Assembly (NCBI GenBank): GCA_040255145.1
Contig: JBDZUN010000004.1
Location: 1-41,046, forward strand
Direction of reading: 5' to 3'
Source: Hyphomicrobiales bacterium
GTDB taxonomy: Bacteria > Pseudomonadota > Alphaproteobacteria > JBDZUN01
DNA length: 41,046 bases
Of this stretch, positions 31,040 through 40,284 are shown in pieces. The position numbers were made by a program, and so were the translations under genes. The notes under the pieces are model-generated. The model saw nothing but the letters and a program-made list of their open reading frames with translations. It did not search any database and was not told where the DNA came from. Within the stretch, counting starts at the first letter, position 1. Every line of letters starts with the position of its first letter.

Positions 31040-31834
31040 ATGACCCAGCAATTCAACGTTGAAGCCGCACTGACGTCCTACTGCCCGTCGGATGCCATCG
31101 TCGGCGTCCAGGGCCGCGAGAACGGCGCCGGCCCAGCATCGGCGAGGATTCCCGCCACCGTACTCGCGGAGAAGGTCGTCGTGGTCGTGGATGGCTCGGC
31201 ATTCAGCCGCGAATGCCTCACCAAGGCGCTGCAAACAACGTACACGTCGGGTGCCATCGTTGCGTTCGAGGGCGCGGAGCAATTGCTGCACGCCGACCTC
31301 GATCCCGACACGGTCCGCCTGGTTCTGTTCAATGCCCATGGCAAGCGCGCGCGCGACGTCGGGGTCGAGCAGGCCCTGCAGCAGATCCGGCTGAACTTCG
31401 CGGAGGTCGCGGTCATCCTGATCTCGGATTTCGAGAGCGGCGATCGCGTGATCGAGGCGCTGGGGCGCGGCGTCCGCGGCTACATCCCGACCAGCGCGAG
31501 TTTCGACGTCGCGATCAAGGCGATGCGGCTGGTGGAGGCGGGCGGCACCTTCGTGCCGGCGACCAGCCTGATGAACCTGTCGGACATGGCGCCCGGCTCC
31601 GCCAACGGGCCGCACAAGGTCAACGGCGTCGACGGACCCGACTTCACGCCGCGTCAGCTCGGCGTCCTCCACCGGATCACCGAAGGCAAGGCCAACAAGA
31701 TCATCGCCCACGAGCTGGCGATCAGCGAGAGCACGGTGAAGGTCCACGTGCGCAACATCATGCAGAAGCTGAAGGCGACCAACCGGACGGAAGTGGCCTT
31801 CCGCACCAGGGGCATGTTCAGCCACGAAATGTAA
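31040..31834 (+). CDS. LuxR/FixJ-family regulator with a degenerate (pseudo-)receiver domain
   Basis: ATG 31040 lies 8 nt after GGAGG. The C-terminal HTH is FTPRQLGVLHRITEGKANKIIAHELAISESTVKVHVRNIMQKL. The receiver-like N-domain aligns to NarL/FixJ. The phospho-acceptor position is Asn (RLVLFNAHG, AAT at 31331..31333) and the conserved Lys position is Thr (GYIPTSAS). Confidence 0.8.
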   Translation: MTQQFNVEAALTSYCPSDAIVGVQGRENGAGPASARIPATVLAEKVVVVVDGSAFSRECLTKALQTTYTSGAIVAFEGAEQLLHADLDPDTVRLVLFNAHGKRARDVGVEQALQQIRLNFAEVAVILISDFESGDRVIEALGRGVRGYIPTSASFDVAIKAMRLVEAGGTFVPATSLMNLSDMAPGSANGPHKVNGVDGPDFTPRQLGVLHRITEGKANKIIAHELAISESTVKVHVRNIMQKLKATNRTEVAFRTRGMFSHEM

Positions 31835-31879
31835 TCCGAGGCCGTAAGGCGCGGGGTTCCGGCGAGCGGGGATTGAGCG

Positions 31880-34123
31880 ATGATCGTAGTCGATCAGAAC
31901 GAGAACAGGTCGTCAGGCTTCCTGGTCAACTGCCTTCGCGTTGCGGGCCGGCGGAAATGGATAATCGGCTTATCCATGCTGGGCGGCCTCGCTATCGCGC
32001 TGTTGCTCAACGCGATGGCGCTGCCGCGCTATACCGCTGGGGCGGTGGTCGCGCTCGACGCGCGCAAGGTGCAGGTCATCGACATCAACTCCGTGGTGTC
32101 CAAGCTTCCGGAGGAGAATGCCGCGCTGCGCACCGAACTCGACGCGATCACGTCCCGGTCGATGGCCAGCCTGGTCGCCGACCGGCTGAAGATCGAGACC
32201 CGGCCCGACCTGCTCGCCGCGATGCGGGTTCGCAATCCGCTCGCGGTGCGGGTACACGGCGCGCTTGCGCGCGTGGCCGGCGCGTTCGGCCGCCTCCGGC
32301 CGTCCTGGCTGACTGGCGCGGAGGACGACCCGGCGCCGGTCGTCCGGCCGTACGCGGAAAAGGTCGAGCGGGCGGCGATCGTGGACTGGCTGCAATCCGG
32401 CCTGGGCGTCAGCAATGACGGCCGTTCCTTCACCATCTACATCGACTTCTCGTCGCCCGATCCCGCTGTGTCCTCCGAAATCGCCAACGCGTTCGCGGCC
32501 ACTTATCTCGACGATCTGGTCAGCATGAAGGTGCGCGCCGCGCGCAACGCCAGCACGTGGCTGCGGCAGCGGCTGGAGGAGATGCGGCACGAACTGGAAG
32601 TGTCGGAGACCGCGGTGTTCGAGTTCCGCCGTTCCGCCGGCCTGATACAGTTTCGCGGCGATACGCTTGCCAGCCAGCAGATCAGCGAATTGAACACGCG
32701 GCTCGGCGAGGTGCGGACCGAGCGCGCCAGGATCGAAGCCCGGATTCAGAATGCGATGAGCAGCAACGGCGGTCTTGCCGAAGTTGCGGATTCGCCGCTG
32801 ATCGAGGCGCTGCGCAAGCAGATTGGCGACAACGACGCCAAGCTCGCCGACCTGCGCGATGCCGGCGCGCAGCGCAATCCGGAGACCCTCGCCCTGGAAT
32901 CGCAGCAGGCGGCGCTGCACAAGCAGTTGACGCGCGAAACCGGGCGCGCCGTCGCCAGCCTCAAGGAAGAGGCCGCCGCGGTCGGGCGCCAGGAGGCGGA
33001 ACTGCAATCGAGCCTGCAGGGCATGGCGTCACGCTTCGGCCACGCCGGCGAGGCCGCCGTCCGGCTCAGCCAGCTCGAGCGGGAGGCCGATGCCAGCCGC
33101 GCCATCTATGAAAGCTTTCTTGGCCGCTACAAGGAGACGATCGAGCAGGAAGGGCTGACGATGCCGGAGGCCCGGCTGTTATCGGCGGCGGAACCGCCGG
33201 TGGTGCCGACCGGCGCAGGCCGCCTGTCGGTGATGCTGTTCGGCCTGCTGAGCGGGTTGGCGTTCGGCGCCATGCTGGCAGCGTTCCGTGAGCGGCTCGA
33301 CGAGCGGGTGCACGACGTCGCCGATGTGGAGCGCGTCGCGGCCGCCTCGGTCATGGGCGTCCTGCCGGCAGTGCCGCGCTGGCGCCCGGCGCCGGAACTT
33401 CAGGTGTCGCGGTTCAACCGCACGCCGTTCGGCGAGGCGATCCAGCGGACCGGCGCCGCGCTGCGGCTGCCGCGGGCGCCCCTGCGGGCGCGGGTGATCA
33501 TGGTCACGTCGGCCGCGGCGCGTGAGGGCAAGACGTCGTTCTGCACCGCGCTCGCCCGCTTTCTGGCCATGTCCGGCCGCCGCGTCCTGGTGATCGACGC
33601 CGATTTCCGCCGGCCGCGTCTGGGCCGGGCGTTCGGCTTGGTCGAGCGCGCGGATACCCAGAATGTCATCCACGGCACCGTGAGCCTCGCCGAAGGCGTA
33701 CAGGCCGATCCGCGGTCGGGCGCGCATGTGCTGACGGCGCTGGCCGAACCGGGCGCGCTGCATTCGCACCTGCAGGGACCGGGATGGGACGCGCTGGTCG
33801 CCCGGGCACGCGAGCATTATGACGTGGTGATCCTGGACACGCCGCCGGTCGCGGCCGCGTCGGATGCCGGCGTGATCGGCGCCTGCGCGGACGTGAACCT
33901 GTTTCTGGTGCGATGGGGTCGGTCCACGCGGTCGGGCATTGTCGGCGCGATCCGGTTCCTGAACCTGTGCGGGCTGACCGTCGACGGCGTCGTGCTGACC
34001 AGGACCAAGGCCCGCGGCGCACCATCCTATCTGACCACCTACGGCCAGGGACCGGGCGGCCTGACGATCGTACCAGGCGAGACCCGCGCGGCGCTGCGCG
34101 CCCCGACGGCGAACTCGGTCTGA
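31880..34123 (+). CDS. Polysaccharide co-polymerase / BY-kinase-like protein (Wzc/ExoP/GumC family)
   Basis: The 747-aa product has an N-terminal TM and a Wzz-like periplasmic domain with a long coiled-coil. A second TM is followed by a cytoplasmic P-loop domain: Walker A SAAAREGKTS, A' VLVIDADFRRP, Walker B YDVVILDTPP. The C-terminal tail has only two Tyr (SYLTTYGQ). Confidence 0.85.
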   Translation: MIVVDQNENRSSGFLVNCLRVAGRRKWIIGLSMLGGLAIALLLNAMALPRYTAGAVVALDARKVQVIDINSVVSKLPEENAALRTELDAITSRSMASLVADRLKIETRPDLLAAMRVRNPLAVRVHGALARVAGAFGRLRPSWLTGAEDDPAPVVRPYAEKVERAAIVDWLQSGLGVSNDGRSFTIYIDFSSPDPAVSSEIANAFAATYLDDLVSMKVRAARNASTWLRQRLEEMRHELEVSETAVFEFRRSAGLIQFRGDTLASQQISELNTRLGEVRTERARIEARIQNAMSSNGGLAEVADSPLIEALRKQIGDNDAKLADLRDAGAQRNPETLALESQQAALHKQLTRETGRAVASLKEEAAAVGRQEAELQSSLQGMASRFGHAGEAAVRLSQLEREADASRAIYESFLGRYKETIEQEGLTMPEARLLSAAEPPVVPTGAGRLSVMLFGLLSGLAFGAMLAAFRERLDERVHDVADVERVAAASVMGVLPAVPRWRPAPELQVSRFNRTPFGEAIQRTGAALRLPRAPLRARVIMVTSAAAREGKTSFCTALARFLAMSGRRVLVIDADFRRPRLGRAFGLVERADTQNVIHGTVSLAEGVQADPRSGAHVLTALAEPGALHSHLQGPGWDALVARAREHYDVVILDTPPVAAASDAGVIGACADVNLFLVRWGRSTRSGIVGAIRFLNLCGLTVDGVVLTRTKARGAPSYLTTYGQGPGGLTIVPGETRAALRAPTANSV

Positions 34124-34184
34124 ACGAAATCGTCCGGAAGGCCGCCTCGGCCAGGTGCTCCCCTGTTGTTCCAGGCGGTAGAGT

Positions 34185-34225
34185 GTTTCCAGCAAAAGTG
34201 GATGCCACTTTTGCGGTTCGGAAAC
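34185..34225. terminator. Hairpin GTTTCC-a-GCAAAAGTGG-atg-CCACTTTTGC-ggttc-GGAAAC in a convergent intergenic region
   Basis: A perfect 10-bp stem (34192..34201 pairing with 34205..34214) plus outer 6-bp arms, read directly. No U-tract. Confidence 0.4.
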
Positions 34226-34256
34226 GCGATAAACCACCAAGAACTTAGAGATCGTC

Positions 34257-34277
34257 CACCGTTTCCATGAAACGGTG
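34257..34277. terminator. Hairpin CACCGTTTC-cat-GAAACGGTG in a convergent intergenic region
   Basis: A perfect 9-bp stem with a 3-nt loop, read directly. It lies between the wzc-like stop (34123) and the OMP stop (34365). Confidence 0.4.
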
Positions 34278-34364
34278 AACGGCTCCAGAGTGTGCTGAGA
34301 TCAGGTTGAACCGCCTGCCCTCGGATGACAACAAAGGGTGTGATCCACCAGATCTCAACCCGCT

Positions 34365-35597
34365 CTAGAACTGCACGTGGAAGCCGAGCATCGCGTAATA
34401 ACGCTCATAGCGGTCGAGCGTGCGGTCCGAGAAGCGGTTGGAGTAGCCGACCGTGCCGGTCAACGACATGCGCCGGTTGACCAGATATTCCACCGTGGCG
34501 GCGCCGGTCGGCGTGACCATCTGGCGATCTTCGTCCTTGTACGTTTCCTGTAGGACGCCGACCTCGACCTTGGTCAGGAGGTTGTGCCGGGCTTCCTGTT
34601 CCAGCGCCAGCCCGAATTCCGTCTCGATACGTCCGGACGCGCCGATCTCGATCGTGGCCACGTCCTCTCGCCGGACCGAGGCCGTCAGCGCGCTGCGGGG
34701 CGTGATGCTCCAGGTCACGGCGCCGCGCGCGCCGACCCCCAGGAACGGACGGAGCGCCGGATCGTCGTTGTCCACGTGGAACAGGCCGACGGCCACCTCG
34801 CCCCACCATTTGTCGGTGATGTCGATGTTCGTTCCGAGATAGAAGCCGGTGGTGAACGAATCGCGATCGAGGCCGTCGCGGTCGCGCGCGGCGTCGACGT
34901 CGCGCCGCTCGGCATAGGCCTCCAGGAAGGGGCTGAACCGCGGCGTCAGGGTGTAGGAGCCGCGCAGCGTGCCGCGATATTCCGTGCGGTCGCGGTCCTG
35001 CTGGCCGCGATCGAGGTAGTTGTAGCGCTCGACGCGCGCGTTCGCCGACAACGTGACCCGGTTGTGGGTATAGGCGTAGCCCAGCGTCCCCGACGCGGTG
35101 TTGTAGGCCGCGGGGCTCTGGTTGCGGCCGCGCGTCGATTCCGGGTCGGCGCGGCTTTCCGCCAGATGCGCGCCGCTGAAGTCCATCGACAGCTCGCTCC
35201 GCCGGTTCAGGGCATAGCGGCTTTCCGTCTCGCCGCCGAAGGTCGTGTTGTCCTGCTCCGAATGTTCGGCGAACACCGCCCGGTCGGCCCAGAGGCGCGA
35301 GCTCAGCGACAGGCCTCCGTGATCGGTCTTGGCGGTCACGGACGGCGCGACGTGCGTGACGAAATCGCCTTCGACGTCATTGTGGGCGGCAAAGATGTTG
35401 CTGTCGTAGCCTTCGCTGACGTCGAGCTCGGGCGCGACGATCAGCGGGCCGGCCTTGATCAGGTGCGGTTCATAGCCTGGACGCGGCAATTGCCAAGGCG
35501 TCGTCGGCCGCTGCTGCTGCGCGGCGGCCGGATCGGGGGGGATCAACCAACAGCAGCACAGCGTCCACCCGACCAGCGCGCGCCGCCAGACGGCCAT
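34365..35597 (-). CDS. Outer-membrane beta-barrel protein associated with polysaccharide export
   Basis: The 410-aa product starts at ATG 35597 with a signal-like N-terminus ending PAAAQQ. It shows an alternating-polarity strand pattern rich in Y/G/S/T/R/D and ends GFHVQF, a terminal aromatic typical of OMPs. It lies 49 nt downstream of the Wza-like gene. Confidence 0.68.
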   Translation of the reverse strand: MAVWRRALVGWTLCCCWLIPPDPAAAQQQRPTTPWQLPRPGYEPHLIKAGPLIVAPELDVSEGYDSNIFAAHNDVEGDFVTHVAPSVTAKTDHGGLSLSSRLWADRAVFAEHSEQDNTTFGGETESRYALNRRSELSMDFSGAHLAESRADPESTRGRNQSPAAYNTASGTLGYAYTHNRVTLSANARVERYNYLDRGQQDRDRTEYRGTLRGSYTLTPRFSPFLEAYAERRDVDAARDRDGLDRDSFTTGFYLGTNIDITDKWWGEVAVGLFHVDNDDPALRPFLGVGARGAVTWSITPRSALTASVRREDVATIEIGASGRIETEFGLALEQEARHNLLTKVEVGVLQETYKDEDRQMVTPTGAATVEYLVNRRMSLTGTVGYSNRFSDRTLDRYERYYAMLGFHVQF

Positions 35598-35646
35598 CCA
35601 GACTCACCGTGCGCCGGGGCCGCGAACGGCTGCGTTCCCGGCCACC

Positions 35647-36210
35647 CTAGAACCAGCTTTCGTAGACATAGATTGTATCGTTCGGCTGGACGGCGGTGCT
35701 CGGCGACGCTTGGCCCTCGACCGGCTTGCCGCCGGTCGTACGCGTGATGGCGACGTGGTTCTCCTCCGCCCGGAAGGTATAGCCGCCGGCGATCGCCACC
35801 GCGGTCCGCACGGTCATGCCGGGGGTATACGGATAGAGACCGGGCCGCTGAACCTCGCCCAGGATGAAGAAGGGCCGGTACTGCTCGACCTCCACCGTGG
35901 TGCTCGGGTTGCCGCGAATCTGCTGCTCGGTCGCGCGGGCCGCGATGCGCGTCTCGACCTCGCGCGGAGTCAGGCCACCGACCTTGACGATGCCGATCAG
36001 CGGAATGGAGATGTTGCCGGTATCGCTGACGGTGTATTCGCGATCGGCCGCGTCGACGCCCTGGACGGTGACGCGGATGCGGTCCCCCGCGCCAAGCTGG
36101 TACGGCTGGTTCCCCGCATCGCCGATCGGCTGCAGGCGGCTCCATGGCGCCGCGCAGCCGGTCAACCCAAGCAAAAGCACCAGCACCGCCGTGCTACGCA
36201 GCCGCAGCAT
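35647..36210 (-). CDS. Short Wza/GumB/ExoF-type outer-membrane polysaccharide export (OPX) lipoprotein
   Basis: ATG 36210 lies 5 nt after GGAGGGG. It gives MLRLRSTAVLVLLLGLTGC, with the lipobox LTGC. The Poly_export motif is YQLGAGDRIRVTV...VSDTGNISIPLIGIVKVGGLTPREVE. One SLBB-like segment follows (FFILGEVQRPGLYPYTPGMTVRTAVAIAGG). At only 187 aa it has no room for a Wza-type C-terminal OM-spanning helix. Confidence 0.85.
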   Translation of the reverse strand: MLRLRSTAVLVLLLGLTGCAAPWSRLQPIGDAGNQPYQLGAGDRIRVTVQGVDAADREYTVSDTGNISIPLIGIVKVGGLTPREVETRIAARATEQQIRGNPSTTVEVEQYRPFFILGEVQRPGLYPYTPGMTVRTAVAIAGGYTFRAEENHVAITRTTGGKPVEGQASPSTAVQPNDTIYVYESWF

Positions 36211-36372
36211 CGCATCCCCTCCGCACTCTGGCAGCATTGTTGGCATCGCGGCGTAACCACCGCAAGCCGTTCCGTCCACCGGCGATATCGATTTCTCCGC
36301 AATGTTGCGCGCGCGACACCGGATGGGCGCCCGTGCCGCCGTATCGACAGCTCGCTCGTCCTTCGCTCTGTT

Positions 36373-36879
36373 CTATCTGCCCGTACACACGACATCGGAC
36401 CGGCCCGCGAACCGTCGTGGCGACGATCCCGGCGCCTCGGAGGAAAAGGGTGGTCCCCGTTCGTGCTGGCCCGCCCCCGGGAGCAGCGGCGTCGGCAGGC
36501 TGAGCTCGATGATCGTGCGGCCGATGCGGTACTCGACATGGGTTGCGGGGACCGTCGGCGGGTCGGAAAGTCCCAGCAGCGCCGCGTCGAACGATAATTG
36601 ACCAGATGGATTCGGGTTGCGGCTGTGGCCGGAAATGCGGAAGCCGCCACGCTGATCATCGGACTTGCGCAGGCCGAGCTTGCCGCTGTCCTCGCCTTCG
36701 CCGCGCAGGACTTCGACCCACGAGCCCAACACCAGGCCGGCTTCCCGCATGACCTTGGCGTCGATCCGGATACGTACCAGCGAAAGCAGCCGGCCGTTGC
36801 GCAACCGCTGGCGCGCAAGCGACAGGACAACGCCTTCTGCGGCCCTGGCGGTGCTTCGTCTGACGGGAAGCCAAGACAT
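36373..36879 (-). CDS. Hypothetical protein (168 aa), no family recognised
   Basis: ATG 36879 (MSWLPVRR) lies 4 nt after GGAGGA. Third codon positions are mostly G/C, and this is the best-looking frame in a 700-nt stretch. The segments RIRIDAKVMREAGLVLGSWVEVL and THVEYRIGRTIIELSLP look faintly like AbrB/SpoVT-type strands, which is speculative. The C-terminal 35 residues look low-complexity. Confidence 0.4.
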   Translation of the reverse strand: MSWLPVRRSTARAAEGVVLSLARQRLRNGRLLSLVRIRIDAKVMREAGLVLGSWVEVLRGEGEDSGKLGLRKSDDQRGGFRISGHSRNPNPSGQLSFDAALLGLSDPPTVPATHVEYRIGRTIIELSLPTPLLPGAGQHERGPPFSSEAPGSSPRRFAGRSDVVCTGR

Positions 36880-36978
36880 CGTTTCCTCCATGGCACGCAG
36901 ATGTGGCGCCATGCGATTCCCCATTGCCCGCGACGCGGCGGGTCCGGCGGGGGCGCCTGGCGCCGTATCCGCGTGCGG

Positions 36979-38028
36979 TTACAGCAATCGGGCGCCGTCC
37001 CGCACGGCGCGCCGCGGCGCCGCCGGATCTTGCGGCCGCACGTTCGGTCCCCTGAATACCGAAGGCGACCCGATGTCGCCCGGCTTGTAATGGTCGAGAA
37101 ACCACTCGTAGGTGCGCGCGACCCCGGTGCGCAGCGGCGTCCGCGCTTCCCAGCCGAGCGCGTTGATGCGCGTGACATCCAGAAGCTTGCGTGGCGCGCC
37201 GTCCGACCTGGTCGGGTCGAAGCGCAACTCGCCGTCGAAGCCGACGACCTCCGCCACCAGCCCGGCGAGCGCGGCGATGCTGGTATCAGCGCCCCATCCG
37301 ATGTTGATCGGCGCGTCCTCGTCATAGTGACGCAACAGGAAGACGCAGGCGTCGGCCAGGTCGTCGACGAACAGGAATTCGCGCTGCGCGCGGCCGCTGC
37401 CCAGCACGTCCAGGACGCGCGCCCCGCTTTCGCGCGCCAAATGGGCCTTGTGGATCAGCGCGGGCAGGACGTGGCTGGTCGCCAGGTCGAAATTGTCGCC
37501 CGGTCCGTAAAGATTGGTGGGCTGACAGCTTATGAAGTTCCGCTCGTACTGGCGGCGCAGCGCCGCGCAGTACTGGATGCCGGCGATCTTGGCGATCGCA
37601 TAGCCGATATTGGTCGGCTCCAGCGGACCGCTGAGCAGGGCGGATTCCTGCATCGGCTGCGCCGCGTCGCGCGGGTAGATGCAGGACGACCCGAGATAAA
37701 GCAGCTTTTCGATCGCGGTCTGGTGCGCCGCATTGATCACGTTCGCGGCGATCATCAGGTTGTCGTACAGGAAAGTCGCCGGCCGCGCGTCGTTGGCGAA
37801 CATGCCGCCCACGGTGCCGGCGGCGACGATCACCGCGTCCGGTCGCTCGCGCGCGAACCATAGCTCGGTGTCGCGCTGCCGGCGCAGGTCCAGCGCTTCG
37901 TGCGACGCAGTCAGGATCGTGCACCGCTCCTGCATCAGGCGCCGCACCAGCGCGGAGCCGACCATGCCGTTATGGCCGGCGACGAACACACGCTTGTCGT
38001 GCAACGAAAATTCCTCTTTTGCCGACAT
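36979..38028 (-). CDS. fcl: GDP-L-fucose synthase (GDP-4-keto-6-deoxy-D-mannose 3,5-epimerase/4-reductase)
   Basis: ATG 38028 (MSAKEEFSLHDKRVFVAGHNGMVGSALVRRL) lies inside the artefactual ORF 36979..38382. It has the Rossmann motif GHNGMVGSA, GSSCIYP and the catalytic YAIAK. It lies 14 nt after gmd. Confidence 0.85.
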   Translation of the reverse strand: MSAKEEFSLHDKRVFVAGHNGMVGSALVRRLMQERCTILTASHEALDLRRQRDTELWFARERPDAVIVAAGTVGGMFANDARPATFLYDNLMIAANVINAAHQTAIEKLLYLGSSCIYPRDAAQPMQESALLSGPLEPTNIGYAIAKIAGIQYCAALRRQYERNFISCQPTNLYGPGDNFDLATSHVLPALIHKAHLARESGARVLDVLGSGRAQREFLFVDDLADACVFLLRHYDEDAPINIGWGADTSIAALAGLVAEVVGFDGELRFDPTRSDGAPRKLLDVTRINALGWEARTPLRTGVARTYEWFLDHYKPGDIGSPSVFRGPNVRPQDPAAPRRAVRDGARLL

Positions 38029-38042
38029 TTCCGGTCGCTCCG

Positions 38043-39095
38043 TCAGACCGCCATCGCGACGCCTTGGGGGCCGGTCGCGAAGCCGGCCTTGTTCAGGGCG
38101 CCCTCCCGCCGCGCCAGCTCGATGTCGTGGTCGACCATCGTTGCGACCAGCTCGTTGAACCCGACGCGCGGGCGCCAGCGCAGCTGCCGGTGCGCCTTCG
38201 AGGCGTCGCCGAGCAGGTGGTCGACCTCCTTCGGCCGCAGGTAGCGTTCGTCGAATGCGACATGATCCCGCCAGTCGAGGCCGACCCGCGCGAACGCCGC
38301 CTCGCAGAATTCGCGCACCGAATGCGTCTCGCCGGTTGCGACCACGTAGTCGTCGGGTTCGTTCTGCTGCAGCATCAGCCACATCGCCTCGACATAGTCG
38401 CCGGCGAAGCCCCAGTCGCGCTTCGCATCCAGGTTGCCGAGATAGAGCTTCTGCTGCAGTCCCTCGTGGATGCGGCCGACCGCGCGCGTGATCTTGCGGG
38501 TCACGAAGGTCTCGCCGCGCAATGGGCTCTCGTGGTTGAACAGGATGCCGTTGCAGATGAACATGCCGTAGGATTCGCGGTAGTTCACGGCGTACCAGTG
38601 CGCGGCGACCTTGCTGACCGCATAGGGGCTATGCGGATGAAACGGTGTCGCCTCTGACTGGGGCGCCGGCGCGCCGCCGAACATCTCGGACGAGCCGGCC
38701 TGGTAGTACCGCACGTCGCGGAGGCCGTTCGCCGTGCAGTAGTCGCGCAGGGTGTCGAGCAAGATGAGCGTGCCGATCGCGACGACCTGGGCGGTGTATT
38801 CCGGGATCTCGAACGACACCTTGACGTGGCTCTGCGCGCCGAGATTGTAGACCTCGTCCGGCCGCACCTTTTCCAGGGTGCGGCGCAGCGCCGTGCCGTC
38901 GGTCAGGTCGCCGTAGTGCAGAGTCAGCGCCGGCCCCGGCTCGTGCGCGTCGTGATAGACGTGATCGAGGCGGTCGGTGTTGAACAGGCTGGAACGGCGG
39001 ATGATGCCGTGCACCTCATAGCCCCTGGCCAGCAGGAAGTCGGTGAGATAGGCGCCGTCTTGGCCGGTCACGCCGGTAATCAGGGCCCTACGCAT
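38043..39095 (-). CDS. gmd: GDP-mannose 4,6-dehydratase
   Basis: The 350-aa product begins [36 protein letters not shown]. It carries GSSEMFG, the catalytic SPYAVSK and [17 protein letters not shown]. Confidence 0.92.
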   Translation of the reverse strand: MRRALITGVTGQDGAYLTDFLLARGYEVHGIIRRSSLFNTDRLDHVYHDAHEPGPALTLHYGDLTDGTALRRTLEKVRPDEVYNLGAQSHVKVSFEIPEYTAQVVAIGTLILLDTLRDYCTANGLRDVRYYQAGSSEMFGGAPAPQSEATPFHPHSPYAVSKVAAHWYAVNYRESYGMFICNGILFNHESPLRGETFVTRKITRAVGRIHEGLQQKLYLGNLDAKRDWGFAGDYVEAMWLMLQQNEPDDYVVATGETHSVREFCEAAFARVGLDWRDHVAFDERYLRPKEVDHLLGDASKAHRQLRWRPRVGFNELVATMVDHDIELARREGALNKAGFATGPQGVAMAV

Positions 39096-40284
39096 GGGTC
39101 AGTTCTCCATCGGGGATTCGACCGTTGTGCCGCCGGTTGCGCCCGCCGGCACCCAGCGCGTAGCGCAGGCCATCGGCCACCTGCTCCTGCTCCGCCTCGG
39201 TCATCTGCGGGAACAGGGGCAGCAGGATGCAGCGGTCGCGCGCCGCCTCGGAATGCGGCAGCGGAACCTTGCCGTACCGGTCGGCATAGGCGGGCTCCTG
39301 GTGCGCGCACATGATCCCGCGCCGCGTCGCGATGTCCCGGTCCAGCATCGTCTGCATGACCGCTTTCTGGTCCGCGCCGTCCGGCAGGCGGACGCAGAAG
39401 CTCTGCCAGTTGGAGCGTGCCCAGTCCGGCTCGTGCGGCAGGCCCAGCCCTGGGATCGCGCCCAGCAGAGTCCGGTAGGATTCGGCCAGTTCGCGCCGCC
39501 GGGCGACGATGCCGGGCAGGCGCTCCATCTGCCGCCGCCCGACCGCCGCCTGGATGTCGGTCATGCGGTAGTTGAAGGCGGGCATCACGTATTGCTCGAA
39601 CGCGACCGTCGTGGCGTTGTGGCGCACGGTGTCGGACACGCTCATGCCGTGCTGGCGCAGCAGCCGGTGCAGGTGGTCCCATTCGGCGTCATTGGTCGTC
39701 AGCATGCCGCCGTCGCCGGTGGTCACGACCTTGCGCGGATGGAACGAAAAGCACGCGATGTCGCCGTGCGGCCGGCCGATCGGCTCGAAGCGGTCGGCCA
39801 GCCGGATTTCCGAGCCGAGCGCGCAGGCCGCGTCCTCGACCAGCGGCAGGGCGTAGGTGCGCGACAGGTCGTGCAGCGCGCGCAGGTCGCACGGCATGCC
39901 CATCTGGTGCACGCACAGGATGGCGCGGGTGCGCGGCGTGATCGCGTCGGCGACCCGCTGCGGGTCGATATTGAAGGTCAGCGGGTCGATGTCGACAAAA
40001 ACCGGCGTCGCGCCGCAGGCCAGGATGCTGTTCGCGGTGGCGACGAAGCTGTGGCTGACGGTGATGACTTCCGCCCCCGGCACGACGCCGGCCGCGAGCA
40101 GCGCCAGATGCAGCGCCGCTGTGCAGTTCGACACGGCGCAGGCGTGGCGTGCGCCGACCAGGTCGGCGAATTCGGCCTCGAACGCGGCGACCTGCTGGCC
40201 CTGGGTCAGCCAGCCCGAGAGCACCACGTCGCGGGCGGCGTCGGCCTCGGCCTTGCCGATCAGCGGCTTTGCGATCGGGATCAT
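39088..40284 (-). CDS. DegT/DnrJ/EryC1/StrS-family PLP-dependent sugar aminotransferase (possibly GDP-perosamine-synthase-like)
   Basis: The 398-aa product starts [16 protein letters not shown]. It carries [29 protein letters not shown] and the PLP-lysine context [21 protein letters not shown]. Its stop overlaps the gmd start by 8 nt (ATGCGTAG). The substrate call is inferred from gmd adjacency only. Confidence 0.85.
   Translation of the reverse strand: MIPIAKPLIGKAEADAARDVVLSGWLTQGQQVAAFEAEFADLVGARHACAVSNCTAALHLALLAAGVVPGAEVITVSHSFVATANSILACGATPVFVDIDPLTFNIDPQRVADAITPRTRAILCVHQMGMPCDLRALHDLSRTYALPLVEDAACALGSEIRLADRFEPIGRPHGDIACFSFHPRKVVTTGDGGMLTTNDAEWDHLHRLLRQHGMSVSDTVRHNATTVAFEQYVMPAFNYRMTDIQAAVGRRQMERLPGIVARRRELAESYRTLLGAIPGLGLPHEPDWARSNWQSFCVRLPDGADQKAVMQTMLDRDIATRRGIMCAHQEPAYADRYGKVPLPHSEAARDRCILLPLFPQMTEAEQEQVADGLRYALGAGGRNRRHNGRIPDGELTHA

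Noticed and set aside
30874-31056. The 60-aa minus-strand ORF inside the AT-rich island, and the 3-codon ORF after GAGGAGG at 30762.
   Set aside because: The first has no SD or coding bias, and its composition reflects AT-rich intergenic DNA. In the second case the GAGGAGG lies 19 nt from the nearest ATG, which opens only M-G-R-stop.
36162-37863. ORFs 36162..37325 (minus, 387 aa) and 36598..37863 (plus, 421 aa).
   Set aside because: Both are Arg-rich, low-complexity frames overlapping fcl and the 168-aa candidate. They have no motifs and are out of frame or antisense to fcl.
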